From an uncultured cyanobacterium (lineage in GTDB: Bacteria > Cyanobacteriota > Cyanobacteriia > PCC-9006 > JAAUQQ01), in contig OY970368.1 in the NCBI GenBank assembly GCA_963718615.1, forward strand, positions 800,001 to 864,000: a DNA stretch of 64,000 bases, written 5' to 3'. Positions 47,635 to 58,366 of the stretch are shown one piece after another. Position 1 is the stretch's first letter. Each line of letters begins with the position of its first letter. The translations under genes and the position numbers were made by a program. Below the pieces are notes generated by a model. It saw nothing but the letters and a program-made list of their open reading frames with translations. It was not told where the DNA came from and ran no database searches.

Positions 47635-48093
47635 ATGAGTAAATCCTTGCCCGTCAATGCGAATGCCTTCTCCACGGCTCGTCCTATTTCTCAGGTTTCT
47701 CTGGTGGATCCCCATGACCCTAGTTTGGCACTGGCATTAGCTGCGGTCACTGCCGCCGACGATCGCAAGGGTGTTGATTTAATTTTGCTGAAGGTCTCAG
47801 AGATTGCCTATCTTGCGGACTATTTTGTAATTGTGTCGGGCTATTCGCCAGTTCAGGTGAAGGCGATCGCCCGTTCCATTGAGGAAGAATTGGCTGACCA
47901 GTTTCAGCGTCGTCCGCTGCGACGGGAAGGCATGGGCGATGCCCGCTGGGTGTTGCAGGATTATGGCGAATTGGTGATCCATATCTTTTTGCCCGATGAG
48001 CGAGAGTTTTACAACCTTGAAGCCTTTTGGAGTCATGGCGAAGTGGTCGATTGGCAAGCGCTCTTACCCGAATCGGTTCAGTCCCACGCCTAG
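47635..48093 (+). CDS. rsfS: Ribosome silencing factor (Iojap)
   Basis: AADDRKG, LADYFVIVSG and WVLQDYGELVIHIFLPDEREFYNLEAFW motifs. Confidence 0.95.
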   Translation: MSKSLPVNANAFSTARPISQVSLVDPHDPSLALALAAVTAADDRKGVDLILLKVSEIAYLADYFVIVSGYSPVQVKAIARSIEEELADQFQRRPLRREGMGDARWVLQDYGELVIHIFLPDEREFYNLEAFWSHGEVVDWQALLPESVQSHA

Positions 48094-48150
48094 TCTCTAA
48101 AACTCCGCTAAAGTGAAGCTATCGACTACGTTGGCTGCGGATGAGTTCGG

Positions 48151-48654
48151 ATGAATATGGAGCCTCCTGCCCTACCTTGTCCTGTTCCGGAGGAGCAGCA
48201 ACCGCTGAACGAGTATCGCGAACTCCAGGAATCCTGGTTTTTTAGCTGGGCAATGTTGCCCCGAATGCCTTTTCTTCAGAGGCTAGGGGCGATCGCGTTG
48301 TTGAACTGGGGTTTGGCAGCCCCCGTCAGTGCGGCAAGCTTTGCACCGCAGCGCTGGCTTGGGCAGTTTATTTTGGCGAGCACCGCCGGATCGCTGCTCT
48401 TGCCGACGTTTGTTCTGATTCAGCTTTATTTGGGCTGGACTTATGTGCGCGATCGCCTTAAAAATCCCAAGGTTTTTTACGAGGAATCGGGCTGGTACGA
48501 CGGTCAATATTGGACAAAGCCCTCCGAGGTGCTGGTGCAGGATCGATTGGTTGTGACCTATCAAATTCAGCCCCTGTTGCGCCGAATAGAAAAGGCCCTA
48601 GGGCTGATTGCCCTACTGTTGCTCGGTGCCTTAGCGGGTTGGCAGTTGTTGTAA
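48151..48654 (+). CDS. ycf36: CGLD27/Ycf36 (DUF1230) family protein
   Basis: CPVPEEQQPLNEY, LYLGWTYVRDRL and YEESGWYDGQYWTKP motifs. Confidence 0.92.
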   Translation: MNMEPPALPCPVPEEQQPLNEYRELQESWFFSWAMLPRMPFLQRLGAIALLNWGLAAPVSAASFAPQRWLGQFILASTAGSLLLPTFVLIQLYLGWTYVRDRLKNPKVFYEESGWYDGQYWTKPSEVLVQDRLVVTYQIQPLLRRIEKALGLIALLLLGALAGWQLL

Positions 48655-48678
48655 ACCACATGGATGTAGTAAGGATTT

Positions 48679-49677
48679 ATGAGCAGGCGATCGCCCACGA
48701 CCACCCATCCCTTGGAGGTAAAGCTTCTTCGAGAGGGGATTGTTGAATCCACCCATCGCGTCCATGCGGCGGTTTGCGATTCCCGAGGACGGTTGTTGAT
48801 GGCTGCTGGAGATCCAGAAGCGGGCTATTTTATTCGCTCAGCCCTTAAGCCCTTTCAAGCTTTAGCCGCCGTGGTGACGGGAACGTTGGCCCATTATGAA
48901 CTGGGCGATGCGGATCTCGCGATTATGTGTGCTTCCCATCAGGGCGATGTGGCCCAGGCGAGGCAGGCTTTTAATGTCCTGTGGAAATGCGATCTAGAGC
49001 CCTCGGTACTGCAATGTCCGACGCCGGAACATCGCCGCAGTCCCCTGGAGCACAATTGTTCGGGTAAACATGCAGGCATGCTGGCGGTTTGTCACCATTG
49101 CGGTTGGACTACCCATGACTATATGAACCGTCGCCACCCGGTTCAGCAGTTAATCGGCAATCAGGTGGCGGAACTGCTGGGGATGCCTGCGGCGGAGCTG
49201 ATTACGGCAAGGGATGATTGTGGGGTGCCAACCTATCTGATGCCGCTCCACCAGATGGCCGTGCTCTATGCCCATTTAGCCTCTAGCAATTCGCTGGAGC
49301 TAGAGCGGATTTCCCGTGCGATGCTCCACCATCCTGAATTAATTGCGGGCGAAGGACAGTTTGATACGGAGCTCATGAAGTTGACCTATGCCGTTGCTTC
49401 TCAGGATCGTTCTGCCCCAGCAGCTTCGGTACAGGGCGCGCTAGTGAGTAAGGCGGGTGCGGAAGGCATTCAATGTATTGGTCGTTTGGGAGAAGGTCTG
49501 GGGTTGGCAATTAAGGTCCAAGATGGGGCAAAGCGAGCCAAGTATGCGGTGGCGATTCACTTGCTACGGCAGTTGGGGTGGATTAGCCCGATGTTGGCTG
49601 AGCAGCTTGCCGATGGTTTTCTGAGCCTGAGCGCGACTAAGCGCCTAGAGGTCACAGGGGAACTGACGCTGGTTTGA
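48679..49677 (+). CDS. L-asparaginase II family protein
   Basis: RSALKPFQA, CASHQG, HNCSGKHAGML, DDCG and SKAGAEG motifs. Confidence 0.93.
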   Translation: MSRRSPTTTHPLEVKLLREGIVESTHRVHAAVCDSRGRLLMAAGDPEAGYFIRSALKPFQALAAVVTGTLAHYELGDADLAIMCASHQGDVAQARQAFNVLWKCDLEPSVLQCPTPEHRRSPLEHNCSGKHAGMLAVCHHCGWTTHDYMNRRHPVQQLIGNQVAELLGMPAAELITARDDCGVPTYLMPLHQMAVLYAHLASSNSLELERISRAMLHHPELIAGEGQFDTELMKLTYAVASQDRSAPAASVQGALVSKAGAEGIQCIGRLGEGLGLAIKVQDGAKRAKYAVAIHLLRQLGWISPMLAEQLADGFLSLSATKRLEVTGELTLV

Positions 49678-49799
49678 GGTGAAAAGGGCGATCGCCCCAA
49701 ACCAATCGCTCCAAACCAGTTGCCCCAGGGATGAATCAGGATATTTCAAACGATTTGTGCAGAACCATCGATTGTGGGTTATAGTAAGGAAACCGGCGA

Positions 49800-50110
<311 letters not shown>

Positions 50111-50116
50111 CTTTAT

Positions 50117-50151
50117 AAAAAGGCATCTAGTTCAACTAGGTGTCTTTTTTA
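50117..50151 (+). terminator. Intrinsic terminator after tRNA-fMet
   Basis: AAAAGGCATCTAG-TTCAA-CTAGGTGTCTTTTTT. Confidence 0.8.
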
Positions 50152-50210
50152 TTTAGTTTGTTTTGTCCCAATTTTTAGTTGTTATCGAATTTTGGCTTTC
50201 ACCAACTTGG

Positions 50211-50798
50211 ATGATGTCCTCTCAAATTTTGGCCAGTACGAAACTTAAAGGTGATATTGCAGAGCAAGCCGTAATTCTTCAGGCGCTCAAGCGAGGATGG
50301 GGCGTTCTCCAGCCTGTTGGCGATCGCCTTCCCTATGATTTAGTGTTCGACGTTCATGGAAACTTGGTTAAAATCCAAGTCAAATCAGCTTGGTTTCACG
50401 AATCTTCTCGCAACTATGTAGTCGATAATCGCAGAACGCAGACCAATCGTCGAACAATGAAACGAGAACCCTATGGAGCTTCAGACTTTCATTTTGCCAT
50501 TGTGTATCTTGAGCCCTTAGAAGTTTTTTATATTTTTCCAGTGCAGGTTTTTATCGACTATGGTAGTGAAATTCATTTTGTTGAGGAAGAAAAGCGGCAG
50601 AGAAAGCCGCGTTCAGCTCAGTACCGAGAGGCTTGGTCCCTGATTGACGCGGCTTGCAAGCTAGAGCCCCTGAGCCTAGATCCTTCGATCCGAGATCAGT
50701 CTACTGAAGATAACGTAGGATCCCACGGGCGATCGCCCGAGCCATCCGCGTGCGGAACTCAGGACTCGCCAACTTACGAGAATCTTCCGCACCGGTGA
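50211..50798 (+). CDS. Free-standing I-Ssp6803I-like PD-(D/E)XK homing endonuclease
   Basis: STKLKGDIAEQA...GWGVLQPVGDRLPYDLVFDV...KIQVKSAW...NYVVDNRRTQTNRR...DF...YGSEIH...KRQRKPRSAQYREAW. Start may be ATG 50211, ATG 50214 or TTG 50229. Confidence 0.92.
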   Translation: MMSSQILASTKLKGDIAEQAVILQALKRGWGVLQPVGDRLPYDLVFDVHGNLVKIQVKSAWFHESSRNYVVDNRRTQTNRRTMKREPYGASDFHFAIVYLEPLEVFYIFPVQVFIDYGSEIHFVEEEKRQRKPRSAQYREAWSLIDAACKLEPLSLDPSIRDQSTEDNVGSHGRSPEPSACGTQDSPTYENLPHR

Positions 50799-52599
50799 TA
50801 AAGCCTGTCTCGATTAATACCGCAGGCATCGACGTGCGGCGCAGCACATAAAACCGAGCCTGACGAACCCCGCGATCGCCCATATTAATACTTTCCAAAA
50901 TGCTGCGATGAATCGTCTGCGCCAGCGATTGGCCCGAAGAATAGTAATAACTCTCCACCCCATTCACTTCCGGTCGCGACAAACTAATCGCATTGGCATG
51001 GATGCTGACAAACAGCGTAGCATTGGCATTTTCCGCAATATCTACGCGGGGCTGAAGATCCAAATCAAACTCCGCATTCCGCGTCATGATCACCTGGACC
51101 CCCTGCTGCTGCAAGAGCGCCGTGATTTGCCGGCTGATATCTAGCACAATATCCGTTTCCCGTAGGCCATTCCCTACAGCCCCTGGGTCCGGTCCGCCAT
51201 GGCCCGGATCAATCACCACCACCGCCCGGCGATTAACTCTGGGTAAATCAATATCTACGGATCCCGTCGGGGGCGTTAACGTTGGCCCTGTGGGGGGAAA
51301 GGGGTTAGAAGGCGTCGTGGGTAACGGTGTGGGAGGTGTGACAGAAATCGTGTTTTGACGCTGCAACGGCAATGCCAGCAGATTCCGCGTCGGCACCTGC
51401 AACGTCCCTAAATTGACGCCCTTATCCGGCGTGACGCGAATTTCGACATTTTGGGCGCTTTGCTGCTGGATTTTGATTTGACGGAGGCGATCGCCCACAT
51501 ACAATCGAGGCTCTTGAACAGTATCGGCCAGTTGTGCCGGTGACAAACTCAGCACATACTCTGACCCCTCCCAACGAGTAACATATTTGACCGGCTGATC
51601 CACCTGCACCAAAAGCTGGTTATTGCCTCGGTCGAGGGATACCGATTGCAGCGTTGCTACCCGGTTCGATGGGGGCACATTGGGAGAAGGCGGTGTTGTT
51701 GCGGCTGAACCCGAAGGACTGCCGGTTGCCTCGGTGGGCTGAGGCCGCTCCTTGGGCAAAAACACAATGCCGTTAAAGTTGCTTACTGTTGCTTGCCAGT
51801 CTGGAGCATCCTGGGTGACCTTGAGGCTGAGCTGAGCCACGGGAGGCGTCGTACTTTTTTGGGACAGCGTCATTTGCTGGACACCCAGTTGAGGAGCTGC
51901 CGTGGGAACGGCGATCGCCCCTGCGGCCAGAGCCGTCTCTCGAATTTCTAGATCAATCGTGCGGCGATCGCGACTACGGCGAACCTTCACCTTCGGATTT
52001 TTGCCACTGGTGCGCAGAAACAAACCATCAGCGGTCGTGCGCACTTCTTCGATTTGGGTTGGAGCAGTAACCGCTGGATTCCCCGATACCGTCGTTCCTG
52101 GCTGCGTTCCTAGCTGCGTTCCTGGCTTAAGCGCTGTGGGCTGTGTGCCCACCGAACCGGTTACCCCGGAGGAAATACCGCTTCCACCACTCGCCGCCGC
52201 CGTTTCTAGCTGTGCTTCAGGGAGCTCGATCGCCCAGGTTGTGGCGCTAATGCCTCGCACCATCACCTTGGTCGGATCCAAGGTATAGCCCCGCTCTAGT
52301 TCAATCACAATTCTGGTCGTTTGGGCATCAAACTGGCCAATTCGGTAGGACTGGATTCCGCGTCCTACGGGCTCTCGAACCTGGGAGCGACCGAGTTTGG
52401 TACCTGGCAGATCGACGACCACCCGAGTTGGGTTAAAAATTAGTTGTGCCCGAGGCTGAATTTGGCTATCCGTCGAAAATTCAAGACGATTCTGCCCCTG
52501 GTCAAAACGCCAGCGCAGGAGATTAGCCGCTTCAGCTGGCCAAGAGAACACCAGCACGCCCAGCAGACTCAGCAAGAGCCAGCGGATTTTGAACACCAT
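50701..52599 (-). CDS. amiC: N-acetylmuramoyl-L-alanine amidase with AMIN domains
   Basis: Signal peptide, AMIN (PTRVVVDLPG), IDPGHGGPDPGA, FVSIHAN and PAVLIETGF motifs. Confidence 0.95.
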   Translation of the reverse strand: MVFKIRWLLLSLLGVLVFSWPAEAANLLRWRFDQGQNRLEFSTDSQIQPRAQLIFNPTRVVVDLPGTKLGRSQVREPVGRGIQSYRIGQFDAQTTRIVIELERGYTLDPTKVMVRGISATTWAIELPEAQLETAAASGGSGISSGVTGSVGTQPTALKPGTQLGTQPGTTVSGNPAVTAPTQIEEVRTTADGLFLRTSGKNPKVKVRRSRDRRTIDLEIRETALAAGAIAVPTAAPQLGVQQMTLSQKSTTPPVAQLSLKVTQDAPDWQATVSNFNGIVFLPKERPQPTEATGSPSGSAATTPPSPNVPPSNRVATLQSVSLDRGNNQLLVQVDQPVKYVTRWEGSEYVLSLSPAQLADTVQEPRLYVGDRLRQIKIQQQSAQNVEIRVTPDKGVNLGTLQVPTRNLLALPLQRQNTISVTPPTPLPTTPSNPFPPTGPTLTPPTGSVDIDLPRVNRRAVVVIDPGHGGPDPGAVGNGLRETDIVLDISRQITALLQQQGVQVIMTRNAEFDLDLQPRVDIAENANATLFVSIHANAISLSRPEVNGVESYYYSSGQSLAQTIHRSILESINMGDRGVRQARFYVLRRTSMPAVLIETGFITGAEDSRKLASPEFRTRMARAIARGILRYLQ

Positions 52600-52878
52600 C
52601 GTTTACCGTTCCTCTGTGTGCAGAGTAAAAGCCCAGTCCTGTCGGGCTGGGAGCCTTTTCAGGCAAGCGATCTAGCCGATTTTCCGACCCATTGGAGAGT
52701 CGGGTTCGTTTAGCGCTTACATAGGATAGCAGTAGATTTAACCTACGGTGCCATGGGGGTGGGAACCCATAGAGTTGTTATTCTTTCACCCTCTTCCGCT
52801 AATTCGCGTAGAGAGATATCTAATAACCAAGACGTGACCAAGACGTGGCCAAGATGTGATTGGGGGGTGGAACTAGCG

Positions 52879-53106
52879 CTAAGGCTTGGGGCTAGCGCTG
52901 TTCTCAATCTGGCGCAGCTCAGACTCCGTTCGTTGATTGGGATTGAGCTTGGGGTCCCAACTGGGAAATAGGCTAATCACAAATTGATTGAGGCTCTGCC
53001 GGGTCTGCAAACTCCATTCTCCAACGGGAGAGGGTAGGCGATCGCCTAGCGCCAAGAACAACAAAACAACTAACACCAAAATGGGAAATGTGGAGCGACG
53101 AGGCAT
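52879..53106 (-). CDS. Small membrane-anchored hypothetical protein
   Basis: GGAG RBS; N-terminal hydrophobic segment followed by GDRL. Confidence 0.65.
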   Translation of the reverse strand: MPRRSTFPILVLVVLLFLALGDRLPSPVGEWSLQTRQSLNQFVISLFPSWDPKLNPNQRTESELRQIENSASPKP

Positions 53107-53183
53107 AGCGAGCTCCTCCTCTAACGACGAGGATGTTGCATAGGTTGTGTTGTGTCAATTCTAACGACGGCCCTAGGAAACCA

Positions 53184-54623
53184 TCATCTGCCATCGCGCC
53201 CGAACGGCATTTTATGGTAGGGAAACTTGAGCTGATGTTCTAGATAAGCGGCGATCGCAATCAAGCGCGATTCTTCCCCCAACCGTCCAATTAGCTGAAT
53301 GCCAACGGGTAAGCCTGTGGGTGTAAAGCCTGTGGGGAGGGCGATCGCCGGCTGTCCGGTGACATTCACCCAAGGACAGGGCGCAATCCATTGGGCAATC
53401 CGCTCCATCACCCCCTCCGGCAACAAATCTTGCCAAGCCCCGACCGGAATCGGTGGAGAGAGATAGGTCGGTAAGACAATCGCGTCGTAGGTCTGGAGTT
53501 GCTCAACCCACTGGCGAGCCAGCACCTGCAACTGTTGTCGGGCTCGAATGTAGTCCCCCGCAGAACTGGCTTGGCTGAGGAGCCACTGGTTCATGGGCTC
53601 CAGCAGCTCGGTCGGCAGTCCCGCTGCCGCCACTTCTGAGCGCCACACCAGCTTAAAAGGCTCGATTAAGGCTGTGCAGTCTAGGTCCACGGCTTCAATG
53701 ATCGCCCCCGTTGCTTCCAGGAGGTGCGCAACCTCAACCACCGCCGCTTTGCAGATGGGGTCTGCCGCTTCAAAAGGCTGGAGGGTCGTCGCAACGCCCA
53801 CGTTGAGACCTTTGGGTAAGTCTGCTAGACGTTGAGCGGTCACTCGAAACGGTTCGGCGGGCAGCGGTAGGCTGTAGGGATCGCCGGGGAGGGAAAGGGC
53901 GATGGCATCCAACAGCGCCGCCGCATCCGCGACGGTGCGGCCTAGGGTTCCATGGGTGCCCATCCCCCCCAAAGAATCCCCCACTGGTGCACTAGAAACC
54001 CGCCCTCGTGAGGGTTTGATACCGACCACACCACAGCAAAACGCCGGTCCTCGAATGGACCCTCCCCCATCCGAGCCATGGGCCACACTGCAAAGTCCCG
54101 CCGCCACCGCTGCCGCCGCCCCACCGCTGCTACCCCCCGAGGTATAGTCCAAATTCCAGGGATTCCGGCTAGGGGGAAAACCAGGGGGTTCGCTGTAGGG
54201 CCAAGAGGCCAGTTGGGAAAGGGCCGTTTTGCCTAGAATGATTAACCCACTGCGTTTGATGAGCTGGACCACCCCATCGTCCAATTCTGCGATCTGTTCC
54301 CGTAACGCAGCCACCCCATAGGTGACGGGGAAACCCGCTAAGGCATTTAAGTCCTTAATCGTCGTCGGAATCCCCAATAAAAAGGGCAGCTCCTGGACTC
54401 GGTCCTGACGCCGAGCCACCTCAAGCTGCGCTGTTTTCTGCTGGGCATCGGCCCGAGCCACTTCACCTAAAACCGTGAAATAACTACCCAGTTGTTGGTC
54501 AAACCGATCAATACGACTCAGGTAAAGATCCACCAACTCCGTCGGTGAAAGTTCACCGGACCTCAGCCACTGGACCTGTTCAACAACGGGGGCTAGCGCC
54601 TCGATTGGCGTCTGCATGGACAT
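53184..54623 (-). CDS. Amidase signature family protein
   Basis: GIPTTIKDL, GGSSGGAAAAVA and GSDGGGSIRGPA motifs. Confidence 0.95.
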   Translation of the reverse strand: MSMQTPIEALAPVVEQVQWLRSGELSPTELVDLYLSRIDRFDQQLGSYFTVLGEVARADAQQKTAQLEVARRQDRVQELPFLLGIPTTIKDLNALAGFPVTYGVAALREQIAELDDGVVQLIKRSGLIILGKTALSQLASWPYSEPPGFPPSRNPWNLDYTSGGSSGGAAAAVAAGLCSVAHGSDGGGSIRGPAFCCGVVGIKPSRGRVSSAPVGDSLGGMGTHGTLGRTVADAAALLDAIALSLPGDPYSLPLPAEPFRVTAQRLADLPKGLNVGVATTLQPFEAADPICKAAVVEVAHLLEATGAIIEAVDLDCTALIEPFKLVWRSEVAAAGLPTELLEPMNQWLLSQASSAGDYIRARQQLQVLARQWVEQLQTYDAIVLPTYLSPPIPVGAWQDLLPEGVMERIAQWIAPCPWVNVTGQPAIALPTGFTPTGLPVGIQLIGRLGEESRLIAIAAYLEHQLKFPYHKMPFGRDGR

Positions 54624-54772
54624 TTCTCCAAGGGTCTGTCGTTCGAGACCTCACACTTCGCCTGGGAGTGCTCAATAATAGGATTGAAAACACTCGCGTT
54701 TCTGAATGGATCGTTTCTGCCAAATAACCGGGCCACTAGCAAAACGGGTTACTAGTAAAACGGGGCGTTAAA

Positions 54773-55240
54773 TTAAGCAGAAGGAAAGGAACATTCAACG
54801 GTTACCTTGATATTACTCTCCGCTGCCCCTTTTGTGATGTAGGGGACTCCCATTTCGCCACTCATTTGGATACCAAATTCCAGTGTTACTTTATTGACAT
54901 TGGCGGCATTACCAAAGGGAGCCTGCTTAAAGATATTGAGGGTTTGCTGGGTATAGCCTTTGATGGTTTGCTCGATCGCGTGGAATTGCTGCCGAGGGAA
55001 AGGATGGGGGGTCTGGCTGTGAGACGTTGAGGCGATCGCTGCCCCCGCTCCCTGAAGCACCCGAGCTGAATTGTGCCAACCCTTGCCCACACGGGCTTCT
55101 CCTTCTGAGGCGTGCATCTCTGCGACCGACTGAATCGGTACCACTTTTGGCGTACAGATTGGTGTACAAAGCTGATCGTCGGTGGCTTCTAGGTAGATAA
55201 GGGTCCCGTCGTCCAACTGTAGGGGGGTAAGCTGAGACAT
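54773..55240 (-). CDS. CU044_2847/Trypco1 family protein
   Basis: LTPLQLDDGTLIYLEAT...VNKVTLEFGIQMSGEMGVPYITKGAAESNIKVTVEC. Confidence 0.85.
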   Translation of the reverse strand: MSQLTPLQLDDGTLIYLEATDDQLCTPICTPKVVPIQSVAEMHASEGEARVGKGWHNSARVLQGAGAAIASTSHSQTPHPFPRQQFHAIEQTIKGYTQQTLNIFKQAPFGNAANVNKVTLEFGIQMSGEMGVPYITKGAAESNIKVTVECSFPSA

Positions 55241-55558
55241 ACTCATTAGCCCTGATGATGTTGTGTTCCTAAGGTACTCAGGGAATAATTTAAGATGGCT
55301 CAGCGGATCTCCTGATTTTATTTTGGGCCAAAATAAAATCCCCGTAGAAGCGCTCAAGACAGGCTGGGTGAGGGTCTAAGCCCGACTGGAAGAGGGTTCG
55401 TGGCCCGTGAGGGGGGACGGTATCACGCTAGAATTCTCAAGCTAACCCTAGGGGAACTGGGCAGAAAATATAGGGGGAGAGAGTCTATTTATGATAGGCT
55501 GGATCTTCCGAGTGCTAATTTTTTGCTCCTCAAATCCGCTGTTATTCGTGAGGTAAAC

Positions 55559-55735
55559 ATGGCAAAGCGCCGCAATCTCAAGAAAGAGAAAGCGCTTCGG
55601 AACGAGGCCTACGCCCGCAAGTTCCGTAAGCGTCCCCAACGTGGCCGGTTTGGCCGTCGCTTCCAAGATAATCGTTCTTCATCTGCTGAGGAAGAAGATA
55701 AGCAAGAAGAGAACACTACTGCTGCCAGTGACTAG
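55559..55735 (+). CDS. Small basic/acidic conserved cyanobacterial protein (58 aa)
   Basis: GAGG RBS; MAKRRNLKKEKALRNEAYARKFRKR followed by an acidic tail. Confidence 0.8.
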   Translation: MAKRRNLKKEKALRNEAYARKFRKRPQRGRFGRRFQDNRSSSAEEEDKQEENTTAASD

Positions 55736-55779
55736 ACTGCCAGTAACTAGACTGCCAGTGATTAGACTACCAATGCTAA
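55721..55779. repeat. 15-bp tandem repeat x3-4 containing the stop codon
   Basis: GCTGCCAGTGACTAG ACTGCCAGTAACTAG ACTGCCAGTGATTAG ACTACCAATGCTAA. Confidence 0.85.
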
Positions 55780-55849
55780 TCGGTTGCTGCGTTAGGATAG
55801 GAGCACTGTAAATCGGTGCTGGAAAAGTGCTTGAAAAAAGTGCTGCTCG

Positions 55850-56716
55850 ATGGTCCGTGGGGGAATGCCTGTGGATGAGCTAAGGGAAGCCCTGGTCTTG
55901 GCAAGCGATGATGAACGAGAGAGTCTCATCGAGCTGCTATTTCGTCCCCGCTTTAACCCCCTGGACTATGTTCAAACCCTCTCTCCCGAAGCGGTTCGGA
56001 ATCTGCCCTATGGTGAACAATGTAGGGCGATCGAGTCGCGTCTTTATTTTTTAGCAGCGGATGGCTTGACGGTTTTGCGAGGGCAAACCCGTCGGTTGAG
56101 ATATCACCATCTGCTTTTACAAGCTTGTCAGTTTCTGCGGATTTCCTGTCAACCCCACTATTCGGTTACAGAGCTAGAGGCAGAGCTGTTTTTGCATGTT
56201 TTGCAGCAGTCTTGGAAACAACTGCCCGCTGCGGAGCGATCGCTACTCGCCGAGCAAATCCACAGCTCACTGCGGCAAAATAGCCAAGGCTTCTCAGCCT
56301 CTACTCCAGGGTTGCAGCGGGATACGCTACGTCTGGCCTTGGAGGGGGGAAGTGCCCTGGCTCTGAGTGCGGTTATTCGTCCCCTGGTGCTGGAACAAAT
56401 TGCGCGCCAAATTATGCTGCATACGGCGAAGCGTCAAGTGGCTCGGGAAGCGCTGAAGCAGGGCGGCAGCGCAGCGGCTCGTATGCAGGGCTACGTGGCT
56501 GCCCAGATGGCAGGACGCGGGGTAGCGGTCAACCTGGCCCGATATAGTGCGGCGCGAAGTCTGTTGGCGTTTTTGGGGCCAGCGCTGTGGGCTTGGTTTT
56601 TTGCGGATTTGGGGTGGCGGGCGATCGCCACCAACCACAGCCGTACGATTCCAGCGCTGTTTCTCCTGGCTCAAATTCGCTTAACCCGTGCCGAATATTC
56701 TGCAGAAGCATCCTGA
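55850..56716 (+). CDS. YaaW family protein
   Basis: DELREALVLASDDE, LFRPRFNPLDY, FLAADGLTVLRG and ADLGWRAIATN motifs. Confidence 0.85.
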   Translation: MVRGGMPVDELREALVLASDDERESLIELLFRPRFNPLDYVQTLSPEAVRNLPYGEQCRAIESRLYFLAADGLTVLRGQTRRLRYHHLLLQACQFLRISCQPHYSVTELEAELFLHVLQQSWKQLPAAERSLLAEQIHSSLRQNSQGFSASTPGLQRDTLRLALEGGSALALSAVIRPLVLEQIARQIMLHTAKRQVAREALKQGGSAAARMQGYVAAQMAGRGVAVNLARYSAARSLLAFLGPALWAWFFADLGWRAIATNHSRTIPALFLLAQIRLTRAEYSAEAS

Positions 56717-58030
56717 CCCGCCCCTGCGAGGAGCCTGGTTTTGTACCCAGCTTGGTGTTTTGACCTTGCCATGGATTCCGCTCCTGGGCGGGCTCTTGCT
56801 GTTGGCTAGTGCGATTCAGGTGACGATTCAGCGCCCTGGGGTGATGCTGAGGCGACCGCTAAATTGGGGCTTGGCGCTCTTGGGGGCAGGGATGGCGATC
56901 GCCAGCCTCAATGCTGTCTATCGGGGCGATGCATTCCTTGGGCTCGTGCATTTTTTACCTTACTTTTGGCTCATGGCAGCCCAGGCCGAACTCACGGGTC
57001 GTCCCCAGCAGCTACAGCAGATCGCTCGCCTAGTGGTATTGCCCGTGATCCCCATGGTGATCATTGGCCTGGGCGAACTCTGGGGGGGCTGGTCTGCGCC
57101 ATCGTTGTTGTGGGGCTTGCTTCCCTGGCCGATGCAGCCCTACGGGACTCCGCCAGGGCGTATGTCGGCATTATTGGGCTATGCCACGAATTTAGCCCTG
57201 TATTTGATGCTGACCTGGAGTTTGGGGCTGGGGCTCTGGTGTATGGCCTATCAACGCTTGCGCCAATCGCCTTCCCGTTTGACCTGGGGGTGGCTAGGGG
57301 GGTGGACCCTGGTGCTGCTGCTCAACGGGGTGGGTTTGGTTTTGACCCAATCCCGCAGCGCTTGGGGGTTGGCCCTACTGTCGGCCTTTGCTGTGGCGGT
57401 TTGCTTTCGTTGGTATGCATGGGTCGGGAGCGTCCTCGGGTTTGCGGGGGCGGTTCTGGGGGCTGCCTTTAGCCCTGTGGGTCAACGCCCCCTGCGTCAG
57501 CTTATTCCTAGCTTTTTTGGGCGCGGCTCACCGATCAAAACTTTTCCGATCGCCCCCTTCCCACCCTCCGCAGCAGCCAATGGCAATTTGCTCTAGAGTT
57601 GATTCACCAACGGCCCTGGCTGGGTTGGGGATTGCGCAATTTTAGTCCGCTGTACGAGGCCAAAACCCAGGTTTGGATGGGCCATCCCCATAATCTGTTT
57701 TTGATGCTGGGGGCTGAAATCGGCGTACCTTTAACCCTCAGTCTAATGGGATTAATGGGCTGGATTTTTTTTCAGGGGACGCGTTATTGGCTTAGGGAAA
57801 ACTTTTTACAGACAGAAAAATGGCGATTTCCCCTCCACCCACTGTGCTTTGGAAGCTTTTTATTAGCCTTTGCCAACGCCACTTTATTTCATACGTTTGA
57901 TGTTTTAATCTTCGATTTCCGTATAAACGCGTTGGTCTGGATCATAATCTCGCAAATTCTCGGAGAGTTTTATCTTTCGACGATGGGCAATCTTAACTTA
58001 AGGCGCTCAGAGCCCTCTGAACGCGCTTAA
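56688..58030 (+). pseudogene. O-antigen ligase family protein split by a 1-nt frameshift at T6 (57513-57518)
   Basis: N-part has LTQSRSAW. Adding one T restores FFWARLTDQNF...LRSSQWQFALELIHQRPWLGWGLRNF...HPHNLFL. Confidence 0.85.
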
Positions 58031-58366
58031 GTGCAAAGCCCTTGCGAACGTCTCCTGTGGCGATCGCTGAAGTTCAATCCACGACCTTGCAGTTTTAGCA
58101 ACTTAGTAAATTTCCATTCTTTTGGGAACTACTAAAGCAAGAACTGAATCTCAACAAAGGGATAAACCACAATTGGGAGGAACCTGTCATCACAGCCCTC
58201 TTTTTTCTCCGGTTTATTCTAGCGTTTAGGCCTTAATATGCCCCCTTCAATTAAGACCCCAAGGCAACGTCTTGAACTTTCACATCAGTGTGCAGGCTAC
58301 CCCTGCGATCAGGTCAGCACTGGAACTCTTTGGCTGCAAAACTATTGCCCTGATGTAGCAAGTCCT

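Noticed and set aside
55721-55779. Possible CRISPR array (also 60543-60584 and 52827-52859)
   Set aside because: Units are adjacent with no spacers and only 11-15 bp long; no cas genes in the window.
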